Part shown: positions 1 through 13,566 of the stretch, one piece after another
How positions within the stretch are numbered: position 1 is the stretch's first letter
Layout of the letters: each line of letters opens with the position of its first letter
Source of the DNA: Haliotis cracherodii
Taxonomy: Eukaryota
Direction of reading: 5' to 3'
Assembly: GCF_022045235.1 (NCBI RefSeq)
Contig: NW_027266267.1
Coordinates: 31,062,001 to 31,126,000, forward strand
DNA: 64,000 nt
Translations under genes and position numbers: made by a program
Notes under the pieces: generated by a model
What the model was told of the DNA's origin: nothing
Databases searched by the model: none
What the model saw: the letters and a program-made list of their open reading frames with translations, nothing else

Positions 1-29
1 TCTCACCAACAATGCTATTTTATTAATCA

Positions 30-712
30 ACAAGAAAAATAGTGAGCAGGGATCACTAATACCCCAACTTCAACTCTGACATATTTCGACTCCAACATAT
101 TTCAAGTTCAAACATGCAAAAAGCAATAATTCTCAGAATAATTCTATTGACATCCAGCTTTGCATTGCACTTCTACTATCAGAATAGAAACTATTCTCAA
201 AATTTGAAAAGAATCTATGAAGTAGTTTTCAAGTTAAAGGTAGCAAAAATGTTTCGGCAAAAAACATTGGAAAAGAATCCATGAAGTAGTTTTCAGGTTA
301 AAGGTCACACAAATTTTGAAGTAACATGAAAAATATATTTTTTCAGAAAATACACATGTCAAAATCAAACTTTGCACTGCAGCTCTTCTATTAGTATGGA
401 AACTGTTCCCTAAGTTTAAAAAGAATCCAAGCAGTAGTTTTCAAGTTATAGGTTGCACAAATGTTTCAGTAAAACAATTCTAGGTAAAAAATTGAAAAAA
501 AGCTGTATTTTTTCAGAAAATCTAAATATTGAAATCAAACTTTGCACTGCACCTGAATAATAGGTATAAAAAGTGTTCACCAAGATTGAAAGAATCTTTG
601 CAGTAGTTGTCAAGTTATAGGTCACAAAAAATGTCCTCGTAAGGACGTAGAGAAAGATGGAATTCCTTGGCATATCTAAATATACCAACACCCTTTAAGT
701 CCGGGGAACAAA
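30..712 (-). mobile_element. Degenerate Helentron-associated non-autonomous element (HINE/DINE-like) with internal ~150-170 bp satellite-like repeats
   Basis: Motif aagaatc(c/t)..g(a/c)agtagtt(t/g)tca(a/g)gtta(a/t)aggt recurs at ~210, ~273, ~421 and ~590. The block begins aacaag...taatacccc and ends aatatacc...ccggggaacaaaaaa, the layout of invertebrate HINEs read on the reverse strand. Family assignment is by architecture only. Confidence 0.4.
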
Positions 713-1062
713 AAACTACTGGTGGACGTAATTTCCCACCCATATAGAACCTCTTGTACCAGTACAACAGCTGGGAAACAGCTGATCATCTCCAGGCCTT
801 TAACACAGCTAAGTCTAAGATCACGCTAATTTAGCATTAAGTCATTCTGTAATACACTGATCTTTACGTGAAACCGACCTACTGTGGCTAAATTAGTCGT
901 GGTACAAGGGACGTTGTAAAAACCTGGCCGGAAGGATGCACCAACCATCAGGTCCCCACACTCAGAGTAATGGCCTCTGTTTGTGGAGGAGATAGTGGGT
1001 TTAGAGACTACTTACACAAATCACTGGTTTCATACATAGCTTCTTCACGGAGGCTAGAACAC

Positions 1063-2349
1063 AGGGAGACACCAGTCTATATATGTGGGTACAGGTAGAC
1101 ACCAGTCTATATCTGGGTACAGTGAGACACCAGTCTATATATGTGGGTACAGTGAGACACCAGTCTATATATGTGGGTACAGGGAGACACCAGTCTGTAT
1201 CTGGGTACAGTGAGACACCAGTCTATATATGTGGGTACAGTGAGACACCAGTCTATATATGTGGGTACAGGGAGACACCAGTCTATATCTGGGTACAGTG
1301 AGACACCAGTCTATATATGTGGGTACAGTGAGACACCAGTCTATATATGTGGGTACAGGGAGACACCTGTCTATATATGTGGGTACAGTGAGACACCAGT
1401 CTATATCTGGGTACAGGGGGACACCAGTCTATATATGTGGGTACAGGGGTACACCAGTCTATATCTGTGGGTACAGAGAGACACCTGTCTATATATGTGG
1501 GTACAGTGAGACACCAGTCTATATCTGGGTACAGGGGGACACCAGTCTATATATGTGGGTACAGAGACACCTGTCTATATATGAGGGGAAAAGGGAGACA
1601 CCAGTCTATATCTGGGTACAGGGAGACACCAGTCTACATCTGGGTACAGTGAGACGCCAGTCTATATATGTGGGTACAGAGACACCTGTCTATATATCAG
1701 GGGAAAAGGGAGACACCAGTTTTTTTCTGGGTACAGGGAGACACCAGTCTATATCTGGGTACAGGGAGACACCAGTCTATATCTGGGTACAGGGAGACAC
1801 CAGTCTATATCTGGGTACAGGGAGACACCAGTCTACATCTGGGAACAGGGAGACACCAGTCTACATCTTGGTACAGTGAGACACCAGTCTATATCTGGGT
1901 ACAGGGAGACTCCAGTCTATACATGAGGGGAAAAGGGAGACACCAGTCTATATCTGGGTCCAGGGAGACACCAGTCTATATCTGGGTACAGGGAGACTCC
2001 AGTCTATATCTGGGTACAGGGAGACACCAGTCTATATCTGGGTACAGGGAGACTCCAGTCTATATCTTGGTACAGGGAGACACCAGTCTATATCTGGGTA
2101 CAGGGAGACACCAGTCTATATCTGGGTCCAGGGAGACACCAGTCTATATCTGGGTAAAGGGAGACTCCAGTCTATATCTGGGTATAGGGAGACACCAGTC
2201 TATATCTGGGTACAGGGAGACACCAGTCTATATCTGGGTAAAGGGAGACTCCAGTCTATATCTGGGTACAGTGAGACACCAGTCTATATCTGGGTCCAGG
2301 GAGACACCAGTCTATATCTGGGTCCAGGGAGACTCCAGTCTATATCTGG
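1063..2349. repeat. Minisatellite, 28/30-bp unit gggtacagggagacaccagtctatatct (30-bp variant ends tatatatgt)
   Basis: Direct tandem periodicity, ~45 units. The 28 and 30-bp variants are interleaved in the first half; the 28-bp variant dominates the second half. Confidence 0.97.
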
Positions 2350-3101
2350 ACACCGCTAGACATAGTAATCAGTGTCCAGTGCACACTGTCACATAATGTG
2401 TATCCAGAGGATACAGAAGGATGTAAACATTTGGTCACGCATTTCTGCCAATTGCAGCCATTATCAACTCCATTGAGGAATAAGTAGTCAAGCTGTGTGT
2501 GCGAGTCATCTTCAGTTACAGTGCTTGCCGTTACAGAGGTGCAGGGTCATCTACATGAGCTGTTACATACATCAACATGGCCTAGATGGAACATGGCTAG
2601 TTGAGCGACCTAAACATGATAAAACAATGCATTAGTCTATCAAACGATAAGATTCTCAGCAAATTATTCTCAACACCCACATCTAGGTTAATTTGTAATT
2701 GCCACATAGTGTTTTGAAAAAGTACAGACCAGGTTGTAATCTATCACTTTATGCGGCAACAGAGTAGAAGTGCCCCTCCTGGCCAGCTGATGGTGGCCAA
2801 CGCAAATTGATGGGAACAACATTATACTGATAAATGTACAAAGCTGTTCATCACCGCCACTACAGAATCAAGATGTATTACAATACAGTCTATGTGCACA
2901 TCACACTGATAGAGAAATATAGGCTGGAAACTCTAGTGGAGGAGTGTTCTGTGGGCAGTGCATGGTGTGAGTGGGAGCCTACCTGCAGGCCCAGGGGCCA
3001 GGTCTGTTGGGGGAGGGGGAGGGATGAAGATGAACACCTGGGACCTGAAGTGTACACTGAAGGGATAGGGATATTTTATGAGTGCCTCAAACCACTTGTA
3101 A

Positions 3102-4359
3102 ACCATAGTGGCAGCTGATATACCATAGTGGCAGCTGATATACCATAGTGGCAGCTGATATACCATAGTGGCAGCTGATGTACCATAGTGACAGCTGATA
3201 TACCATAGTGGTAGCTGATATACCATAGTGGCAGATGATATACCATAGTGGCAGCTGATGTACCATAGTGACAGCTGATAGACCATAGTGGCAGCTGATA
3301 TACCATAGTGGCAGCTGATGTACCATAGTGGCAGCTGATGTACCATAGTGGCAGCTGATAGACCATAGCGACAGCTGATGTACCATAGTGGCTGCTGATA
3401 GACCATAGTGGCAGCTGATGTACCATAGTGGCAGCTGATATACCATAGTTGCAGCTGATATACCATAGTGGCAGCTGATGTACCATAGTGGCAGCTGATG
3501 TACCATAGTGGCAGCTGATATACCATAGTGGCAGCTGATACACCATAGTGGCAGCTGATGTACCATAGTGGCAGCTGATAGACCATAGTGACAGCTGATA
3601 GACCATAGTGACAGCTGATGTACCATAGTGGCTGCTGATAGACCATAGTGGCAGCTGATGTACCATAGTGGCAGCTGATATACCATAGTTGCAGCTGATA
3701 TACCATAGTAGTAGCTGATATACCATAGTGGCAGCTGATGTACCATAGTGGCAGCTGATAGACCATAGCGACAGCTGATGTACCATAGTGGCTGCTGATA
3801 GACCATAGTGGCAGCTGATGTACCATAGTGGCAGCTGATATACCATAGTTGCAGCTGATATACCATAGTGGCAGCTGATGTACCATAGTGGCAGCTGATG
3901 TACCATAGTGGCAGCTGATATACCATAGTGGCAGCTGATACACCATAGTGGCAGCTGATGTACCATAGTGGCAGCTGATAGACCATAGTGACAGCTGATA
4001 GACCATAGTGACAGCTGATGTACCATAGTGGCTGCTGATAGACCATAGTGGCAGCTGATGTACCATAGTGGCAGCTGATATACCATAGTTGCAGCTGATA
4101 TACCATAGTAGTAGCTGATATACCATAGTGGCAGCTGATGTACCATAGTGACAGCTGATAGACCATAGTGACAGCTGATAGACCATAGTGACAGCTGATG
4201 TTCCATAGTGGCTGCTGATATACCATAGTGGCAGCTGATGTACCATAGTGGCAGCTGATGTACCATAGTGGCAGCTGATAGACCATAGTGACAGTTGATA
4301 GACCATAGTGGCAGCTGATGTACCATAGTGGCAGCTGATGTACCATAGTGGCAGCTGAT
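3102..4359. repeat. Minisatellite, 20-bp unit accatagtggcagctgat(a/g)(t/g)
   Basis: About 63 units in perfect 20-bp register with point variants. The unit contains CAGCTG. Confidence 0.98.
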
Positions 4360-4403
4360 CAAAAATCAAAATCACAATCAAAGCTGGAAAGTCAGCAAGG
4401 TTT

Positions 4404-4663
4404 TGTAACACAAATATCACACACAACCTAAATCTCCTTAGTTACACAAATATCACACATTAATATCCTTTGTTTACACTATTATCACACACAGTCTAAC
4501 AGAGACTAAATATCCTTTGTTACACTATTATCACACAGTCTAACAGAGACTAAATATCCTTCGTTACACTATTATCACACACAGTCTAGCAGAGACTAAA
4601 TATCCTTTGTTACACTATTATCACACACAGCCAAAATATCTTTTGTTACACAGTTATCACACA
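4404..4663. repeat. Short degenerate tandem repeat, ~44-46-bp unit tatcctttgttacactattatcacacacagtctaacagagactaaa
   Basis: Three good copies plus degenerate flanking copies. Confidence 0.85.
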
Positions 4664-4671
4664 GAGCCGGA

Positions 4672-5703
4672 TGTTCACACTGCTACTCATGTGGTCATGT
4701 CTAGTGCCATGGTGTTCACACTATGCTACTCATGTGGTCATGTCTAGTGCCATGGTGTTCACACTATGCTACTCATGTGGTCATGTCTAGTGCAATGGTG
4801 TTCACACTTTGCTACTCATGTGGTCATGTCTAGTGCCATGGTGTTCACACTGCTACTCATGTGGTCATGTCTAGTGCCATGGTGTTCACACTGCTACTCA
4901 TGTGGTCATGTCTAGTGCCATGGTGTTCACACTTTGCTACTCATGTGGCCATGTCTAGTGCCATGGTGTTCACACTGCTACTCATGTGGTCATGTCTAGT
5001 GCCATGGTGTTCACACTGTGCTACTCATGTGGTCATGTCTAGTGCCATGGTGTTCACACTGCTACTCATGTGGTCATGTCTAGTGCCATGGTGTTCACAC
5101 TATGCTACTCATGTGGCCATGTCTGGTGCCATGGTGTTCACACTTTGCTACACATCTGGCCATGTCTAGTGCCATGGTGTTCACACTTTGCTACACATCT
5201 GGCCATGTCTAATGTCATGGTGTTTGCACTGTGCTACTCATGTGGCCATGTCTAGTGCAATGGTTTTCACACTGTTACTCATGTGGTCATGTCTAGTGCC
5301 ATGGTGTTCACACTATGCTACTCATGTGGCCATAACTAGTGCCATGGTGTTCACACTATGCTTCTCATTTGGCCATGTCTAGTGCCATGGTGTTCACACT
5401 GTGCTACTCATGTTGTTATGTCTAGTGCCATGGTGTTCACACTATGCTACTCATGTGGTCATGTCTGGTGTCTTGGTGTTCACACTATGCTACTCATGTG
5501 GTCATGTCTGGTGCCATGGTGTTCACACTATGCTACTCATGTGGTCATGTCTAGTGCCATGGTGTTCACACTATGCTACTCATGTGGTCATGTCTGCTGC
5601 CATGGTGTTCAAACTATGCTACTCATGTGGTCATGTCTAGTGCCATGCTGTTCACACTGTGCTACTCATGTGGTCATGTCTAGTGCCATGGTGTTCACAC
5701 TGT
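4672..5703. repeat. Minisatellite, 41/43-bp unit ggtgttcacac(ta)tgctactcatgtggtcatgtctagtgccat
   Basis: About 24 tandem units with a 2-bp indel variant. Confidence 0.97.
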
Positions 5704-6574
5704 GGACATCATACGGTATTCACGACAAGTCGGGGCCTGGGGCCTCTTGGAGATGCCTATGGGGAGTGCCATAACAATGAGGACTTCAGGAGGCATGTAC
5801 AAATTAAATACTGACAAGTGTAAAGTCACATCAGTTCAGTCAAACATGGGAGACCTATTTGATCTTCTAATAAAGTCTAATTCCATGTACACAACAAGAA
5901 CGACAATTGATTTTAGACATGAACTATACACATGATTACATTTCAACTATAACAGCCATTGCCATGATTCACTTCAACAAAACAACAACTTCATAACACA
6001 ACCAAATTCAGAGACTACTTGTGTTGAGTTCTGGTTTGTTGGTCAGGAAAGTCCCAGCCTGGCAACACAATATACAAACATCCTTCTTGCCTCACATGAC
6101 TCCTGTTCAGCTCCACCAGAGCAACAAACTGCAGCAAATGTCAGTCAATAAGTCCAAACACTGCACTTTACAAATATGCCACAACCAAAAGAGATTGCAA
6201 ATATCTTGCAGCAATGCAAGGAAATCATTATTTCTGTTATAGCCAAGTCTGACACATGACCATCCAATTGCTTCATTTGGGTGCCTTCCCCGCCGGCAAT
6301 GCTGCTTCTTTAGGATTTTATTCTGTGAGGTGTGGGATCAAAGGGCATATGATGAACTGATGAAATTAATGGTGCCATTGAATACATGCACTGTGGGACT
6401 CCCTGCAGAGCGGAATCAACATCCATTCTTTTCTTAGTGAGTTTTCAAACTTCACTCATTTTCATATCAGCTGTCAAATAATAAACTTCTACTTGAAGCA
6501 GAGTTGAGATGTCTTCATAGTTTGACAAATCAAGAAACAAGGAGGCATGCTGTTCATCTCACAAGATCTACCGT

Positions 6575-7272
6575 AGGCCTCACTAGCTGGTGAAGGTCTA
6601 CAGAATACTGACCCCACCTGCTGGTGGAGGTCTACAGAATACAGGCCTCATTAGTTGGCGGAGGTCTACAGAATACAGACTGCACCAGCTGGTGGAGGTC
6701 TACAGAATACAGACCTCACTAGTTGGTGGAGGTCTACAGAATACAGACCTCACCAGCTGGTGGAGGTCTACAGAATACAGGCCTCACCAGCTGGTGGAGG
6801 TCTACAGAATACAGGCCTCACCAGCTGGTGGAGGTCTACAGAATACAGACCTCACCAGCTGGTGGAGGTCTACAGAATACAGGCCTCACCAGCTGGTGGA
6901 GGTCTACAGGATACAGACCCACTAGCTGGTGGATGTCTACAGAATACAGGCCTCACCAGCTGGTGGAGGTCTACAGAATACAGGCCTCACCAGCTGGTGG
7001 AGGTCTACAGAATACAGACCTCACCAGCTGGTGGAGGTCTACAGAATACAGGCCTCACCAGCTGGTGGATGTCTACAGAATACAGGCCTCACCAGCTGGA
7101 GCAGGTCTACAGAATACAGATCCACTAACTGCTGGATGTCTACAGAATACAGACCCACTAGCTGGTGGAGGTCTACAGAAAACAGACTCAATAGCTCGCA
7201 GAGGTCTACAGAATACAGGCCTCACGAGCTGGTGGAGGTCTACAGAATACCGACCTCACTAGCTGGTGGAGA
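6575..7272. repeat. Minisatellite, 34-bp unit ggaggtctacagaatacaggcctcaccagctggt
   Basis: About 20 tandem units. Contains the 10-bp palindrome accagctggt and the octamer gctggtgg across the unit junction. Confidence 0.97.
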
Positions 7273-7291
7273 TCTAAATGAATCTGAATGT

Positions 7292-7526
7292 GTATGACAC
7301 ATCACACATGTCTGACTGTGGTATATGACACATCACATATGTCTGACAGTGGTATATGAAACATCACACATGTCTGACTGTGGTGTATAACACAGCACAC
7401 GTCTGACTGTGGTGTTAAACACATCACATATGTCTGACTGTGGTACGTGACATCACATGTCTGATTGTGGTATATATATGACACATGACATATGTCTGGC
7501 TGTGGTATATATATGACATATCACAT
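7292..7526. repeat. Degenerate minisatellite, ~31-bp unit tgacacatcacacatgtctgactgtggtata
   Basis: About 7 diverged tandem copies. Confidence 0.88.
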
Positions 7527-8135
7527 TTCATGTGGTATTAGGCTTCACATGTAAGACATTATACATATGCCCAGGTTAGGTTGAAGTAGGCTGCAACTCA
7601 AAACTGTAAGCTAATACAATGTCTAAAAGCCCTCAAGGGCATATGTCATCATTTTTTGTGAATCTGGGAAATTCTCCTCTCCAGTTTATGGACAAATATT
7701 GATGGTGAAATTACACACTACCAGCAATTATGATTCCTTCAAGAGTGTATTATAAATCTAGAGTGAAATACTACCCCATACCCATCTACTATGATTAAAA
7801 TGGACATTGTAACTTGAGCTGATATCCATAAAATCAAAGTTTCCAAAGAAACATCAAACAATGATAAATCAACAGTATCTGATTGGTAAAACATCTTGGA
7901 TCAGAGCAATATCAATTTTGATTTAATTCTGAAGGATTTGTTATGTCCAATCTCATCTGTGCACTGCAGGCAGTATATACAGCTTGAGTCTAGGGCATAC
8001 CACAATCACCAGCCACGATGAGGCAGCACTGCACATTAAACCTTGCACAGACCTTTATATGAGTGGTCCTTATCCCGCTACATAAAGGAACACATAGATT
8101 CATATTATGCAATATTCATCATAAAAGACAATCTG

Positions 8136-8465
8136 AGGACAAAGTCATTGATATGCCCCTCAATGGTAAATACTTGTTGTGAATACAATTATTTATATTG
8201 ATTGCATGTCAAATGAAATGGTACTTGTGGAGTAATTTTCTTCCACAATATAAATATTCGAAAAACTTTAGAAAACATTTTAAAGTCAAAGTTGTGGCAA
8301 ACTGGAAACTCTAAAAATCAATCTTTCAAAAATCACAAACTATCAAAAGGCACCAGTTCACCACTAGACCCATGCATGTCTCAAGTTTGGTGAAGAAATA
8401 GTGGACGTTTTTCAAGATGTGCTCCGGAAACAACATCTTGTACGGATGGATGGATGGATGGACTG
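8136..8465 (-). mobile_element. HINE/Helentron-like non-autonomous relic
   Basis: Starts ggacaaagtcattgatatgcccct, has an AT-rich core with caagtttggtgaagaaat...ttttcaagatgtgctccggaaac, then a (ggat)n/ggac microsatellite at ~8444-8464. This matches invertebrate HINE organisation; the distal terminus was not found. Confidence 0.45.
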
Positions 8466-8965
8466 TGACCTCTGCAAAACACATTGCATAGGATGACAAA
8501 TAATGGGGAGATTGTGTTCTGTAGTTTAGTTACTGGAGTTTCAGCAGGCAGACCGCTTGCCCAGAATGTCAACAGCAACCACCACATGCACAGAAGTACC
8601 TCCCCCCCACCCCCCTACACCAACTAGTATCACACTACATAGATTGATCTAGATAGACACAGTATTCATCCATTCCACTTCTTGTTTAATCTTTAACCCT
8701 GACCTGAGATAGCCCTTTTATGTTGGCTGATGGGTGGGAGGGCACTCTTCACCTTCTGCACTGTCTACTGCTAGTCCCAACAGGACTTGAGTGCTGATCT
8801 AGTGTTATCTCCCCAGCATCATCCACTGTACACAGCTATCCCAAGTGAGCCTCCACATCAGTGACACTGCTCTGATAGCATCCTTCCATTACAGGTTGAT
8901 GTGGGAGACACCTGTACCGCTGTCTGAGGTGAGGCAGCTGCTACAGACTCTCACACACAGCAGGA

Positions 8966-8966
<1 letters not shown>

Positions 8967-8996
<30 letters not shown>
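8967..8996. repeat. (CAGA)n microsatellite
   Basis: About 7 tandem caga units. Confidence 0.9.
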
Positions 8997-8998
<2 letters not shown>

Positions 8999-9071
8999 GC
9001 GTTGAATGACTCTCCTGTGACTCGGGGTCAATACTACAACAGCATGAAATAGTTATTCATTCTGGACGAGG

Positions 9072-9790
9072 ACACCCACCAGTACAGAGAGTAGCCCACT
9101 GATATGTGAACACCCACCAGCACAGAGTCTAGCCCACTAATATGTGAACACCCACCAGCACAGAGTCTAGCCCACTGATATGTGAACACCCACCAGCACA
9201 GAGTGTAGCCCACTGACATATGAACACCCATCAGTACAGACAGTAGCCCACTAATATGTGAACACCCACCAGCACAGAGAGTAGCCCACTGATATGTGAA
9301 CACCCACCAGTACAGATAGTAGCCCACTGATATGTGAACACCCACCAGCACAGAGAGTAGCCCACTGATATGTGAACACCCACCAGTACAGATAGTAGCC
9401 CACTGATATGTGAACACCCACCAGTAGAGAGTAGCCCACTGATATGTGAACACCCACCAGCACAGAGAGTAGCCCACTGATATGTGAACACCCACCAGCA
9501 CAGAGAGTAGCCCACTGATATGTGAACACCCACCAGTACAGAGAGTAGCCCACTGATATGTGAACACCCACCAGCACAGAGAGTAGCCCACTGATATGTG
9601 AACACCCACCAGCACAGAGTGTAGCCCACTGATATGTGAACACCCACCAGTACAGAGAGTAGCCCACTGATATGTGAACACCCACCAGCACAGAGTGTAG
9701 CCCACTGATATGTGAACACCCACCAGCACAGAGTGTAGCCCACTGATATGTGAACACCCACCAGCACAGAGTGTAGCCCACTGATATGTG
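9072..9790. repeat. Minisatellite, 38-bp unit cacccaccag(c/t)acagagagtagcccactgatatgtgaa
   Basis: About 19 tandem units. Confidence 0.97.
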
Positions 9791-11086
9791 ACATGCACAA
9801 GGTCTGGTTCAGCAGGTACTCCTCTGCACTCAAAAACACCTTTTCTAATCATGCATCATGATACTGGCAAAATGAACAAGGATTGTGAAGACATAGGTCA
9901 AAGCTTGACAAAAAGCTGCTTGGTCACATGAAAACTACATAGGTCATACCATCATCGGAATAGCTAATTGTTGTGTGTGCAATGACTAATGACATTAGAA
10001 ACCTTCAAAGAACAGAACAGTTTTTGTTCATTCTGTCAGAGGAAGTAACGGAGGAGAATGAAACAGCTATCATCATTTGATAATGTGAAGCCTGTCTGCT
10101 GAGCTGCATTGCAGTGTTTAACGTTTCCTCAGACAGGTATTCTTGAAATCTAGATGATTTATTCTAACTGTCCAATTGAAAAAAGGGGGGATATATTGTG
10201 CATCTTATTGCCCAGACCAAACAACTACACTGACTTTGCATTTTACCATTTGGTAATTTGGGGAAATCATTAACTGTGTTCTAGCATTAATTTATTATTA
10301 TTACATTTTAAAATATTTTGATCACATATGGATGAAACATTCATCTATATGAAAATATCACAATTTCTATACGTTTATGCATTAATATTTCAGTAAATGA
10401 ATACACATGTGCACAGATACATGCAGAAACTCTCAACTGATGATATCACACAGAGCTAGGATGTCATGTGGCAGGGTTACCACGCTGTGACATACTACTT
10501 TAAAGAACGTTGTGGTGTTATTCTTGATAAGGTTTGCTGGAAGCATTACGAGATCTGTTGTAAATTTGGAGTTAATTCCCTTTCAGTCCGATACAGAAGT
10601 CTTTGACTTTTAGTCAGTGATTCTTGACTGCATGACTATTGGCAATGAATTGACTTTTAATGTGCTGTTAAAGCACTTAAAATACAGAAGAGTTGAGCAG
10701 ACATCCTTCAGGTAAACGTGCAATTGGAGATTAGAATTGTCCAACTGACATGAACTTCTAGTGTTCATGCAGCACCCTGGTCAGGAGGCCTGCTCCTGGC
10801 ATAATTATCACTGACTCACGTATTTCATCATGAAGCACAAATGCAATTTGTCACTGTTTGCAACAGCGTGGCTGTCACAGTAGTAGATATTCACATCTTC
10901 AAGAAAGCAATCTCAGTTTATAAGCCCCAAAGGGCTTTTTCTATTATCTAATTTTCTGCTGAAAATTTTCTTTTGCATAATTTGTTTACTGAAGTATATC
11001 CAGCTTTAGTCTACATAGTAAACTTGGCACTACAGGCGATTGATGATATCCCCAACCCTGGAGCCATGCAGCATCAACTGTGAGTC

Positions 11087-12649
11087 ACATAGTGACTCCT
11101 CCCTGCCCCTCACAGACAACATAGTGACTCCTCCCTGCCCCTCACAGACAACATAGTGACCCCTCCCTGCCCCTCACAGAGGACATAGTGATCCCTCCCT
11201 GCCCCTCACAGACAACATAGTGACCCCTCCCTGCCCCTCACAGACAACATAGTGACCCCTCCCTGCCCCTCACAGACAACATAGTGACCCCTCCCTGCCC
11301 CTCACAGAGGACATAGTGATCCCTCCCTGCCCCTCACAGACAACATAGTGACCCCTCCCTGCCCCTCACAGACAACATAGTGACTCCTCCCTGCCCCTCA
11401 CAGACAACATATTGACTCCTCCCTGCCCCTCACAGACAACATAGTGACTCCTCCCTGCCCCTCACAGACAACATAGTGACCCCTCCCTGCCCCTCACAGA
11501 CAACATAGTGACTCCTCCCTGCCCCTCACAGACAACATAGTGACTCCTCCCTGCCCCTCACAGAAAACATAGTGACCCCTCCATGCCCCTCACAGACAAC
11601 ATAGTGACCCCTCCCTGCCCCTCATAGACAACATATTGACTCCTCCCTGCCCCTCACAGACAACATAGTGACCCCTCCCTGCCCCTCACAGACAACATAG
11701 TGACTCCTCCCTGTCCCTCACAGACAACATAGTGACTCCTCCCTGACCCTCACAGACAACATAGTGAACCCTCCCTGCCCCTCACAGACAACATAGTGAC
11801 TCCTCCTTGTCCCTCACAGACAACATAGTGACCCCTCCCTGCCCCTCACAGACAACATAGTGAACCCTCCCTGCCCCTCACAGACAACATAGTGACCCCT
11901 CCCTGCCCACTCACAGGACATAATGACCCCTCCCTGCCCACTCACAGAGGACATAGTGACCCCTCCTTGCCCCTCACAGACAACATAGTGACCCCTCCCT
12001 GACCCTCACAGACAACATAGTGACCCCTCCCTGCCCCTCAAAGACAACATAGTGATCCCTCCCTGCCCCTCACAGACATCATAGTGATCCCTCCCAGACA
12101 ACATAGTGACCCCTCCCTGCCCCTCACAGACAACATAGTGATCCCTCCCTGACCCTCACAGACAACATAGTGACCCCTCCCTGACCCTCACAGACAACAT
12201 AGTGACCCCTCCCTGACCCTCACAGACAACATAGTGATCCCTCCCTGCCCCTCACAGACAACATAGTGACCCCTCCCTGCCACTCACAGACAACATAGTG
12301 ACCCCTCCCTGCCCCTCACAGACAACATAGTGACCCCTCCCTGCCCCTCACAGACAACATAGTGACCCCTCCCTGCCACTCACAGACAACATAGTGACCC
12401 CTCCCTGCCCCTCACAGACAAAATAGAGACCCCTCCCTGCCGCTCACAGACAACATAGTGACTCCTCCCTGGCCACTCACAGAGGACATATTGACCCTTC
12501 CCTGCCCCTCACAGACAACATAGTGAACCCTCCCTGCCACTCACAGACAACATAGTGACCCCTCCCTGCCCCTCACAGACGACATAGTGACCCCTCCCTG
12601 CCCCTCAAGGACAACATAGTGACCCCTCCCTGCCCCTCACAGACAACAT
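11087..12649. repeat. Minisatellite, 32-bp unit catagtgacccctccctgcccctcacagacaa
   Basis: About 49 units. C-rich on +, so the - strand carries G-tracts (gaggggcagggagggg). Confidence 0.97.
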
Positions 12650-13170
12650 GATAATGACCAACTGGTACTCTCCACTCAAGCAATATACTTATCTACTGTC
12701 TGCCTTATCTACTTGGCAATATAACCACTGTGCAATATATCTGACCGGAGCAATAGAACCATTCTGTAACACACACATCCCCTGCCCCACCTCCTCCCCT
12801 CATCATCCTGCATCATAATGAGCACCTGTCTCCCTGACTAAAGATGAGTAATCCGAAGACTGACATGTTCTATACTAGACACAGAATCTGATGTGTTGCA
12901 GAATGCCTGCTAATTTAATTGCCCTCGCAAAACAGCCTTTTTAAGCACATTTAATTGACAGCGTAGCCTGGAACTGCTCCATAGTTACAGCAATTAGAAT
13001 CATACACAATATAAATTATCCCAAAAGCATATCTTATTACTCTACATTTTTTTTCAAATTTATATTACTAATATATTTTTTCATGAAAATTATATTCAAA
13101 ATCAAATTATTATTGTTCTACATGGCTCTTTTAGTGATAATCAATGTGTTCCTATACTACCATATTATAT

Positions 13171-13460
13171 CGTCCGCACGGAGAGCGGAAGGTCCGGGGT
13201 TCGATCCCCGACCCCGTCATACCAAAAGACGTTAAAAGATGGTACTTGTTGTTACCCTCTCTGGCGCTCGGCATTAAGGGGCTAACACAAGGACTGGTCG
13301 GCTCGGAGTCAGTATACTGTGTCTGAGTGGGCTAGCACTATAAATCGGCATCAGTCCACACTAGTACAAGCAGCCACACACACACACACACGTGCATGCA
13401 CGTCGCTATATAAGTGCAATAATCTTGGACGTGACGTTAAACCCAATTTCACCTCACTTT
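13171..13460 (+). mobile_element. tRNA-derived SINE with Meta/MESC-type central domain, slightly 5'-truncated
   Basis: B box ggttcgatccc at ~13197. Central gtcataccaaaagacgttaaaagatggtacttgttg...tggcgctcggcattaagggg resembles the conserved Meta(SINE)/MESC domain. Internal (ca)n, tail gacgttaaacccaatttcacctcac, and flanking TSD tattatat(c) at 13163 and 13461. Confidence 0.85.
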
Positions 13461-13566
13461 TATTATATCCTAGTTATATAACTGTTAGTAACTACAGCTG
13501 CAGCTTGACATTCAGTTGTTCCACAAGGCCAGCTGATGTACAGTGTCCCTCCACAACTAACACTGG

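Noticed and set aside
2933-4426. 419-497 aa ORFs in all three minus-strand frames
   Set aside because: They are translations of a 20-bp repeat that lacks stops on that strand. The same peptide cycles through all frames.
11898-12476. Exact CCTCCCTNNCCAC (human PRDM9 hotspot motif) in variant units
   Set aside because: That motif is specific to human PRDM9 alleles. A chance match is expected in a C-rich repeat from an invertebrate.
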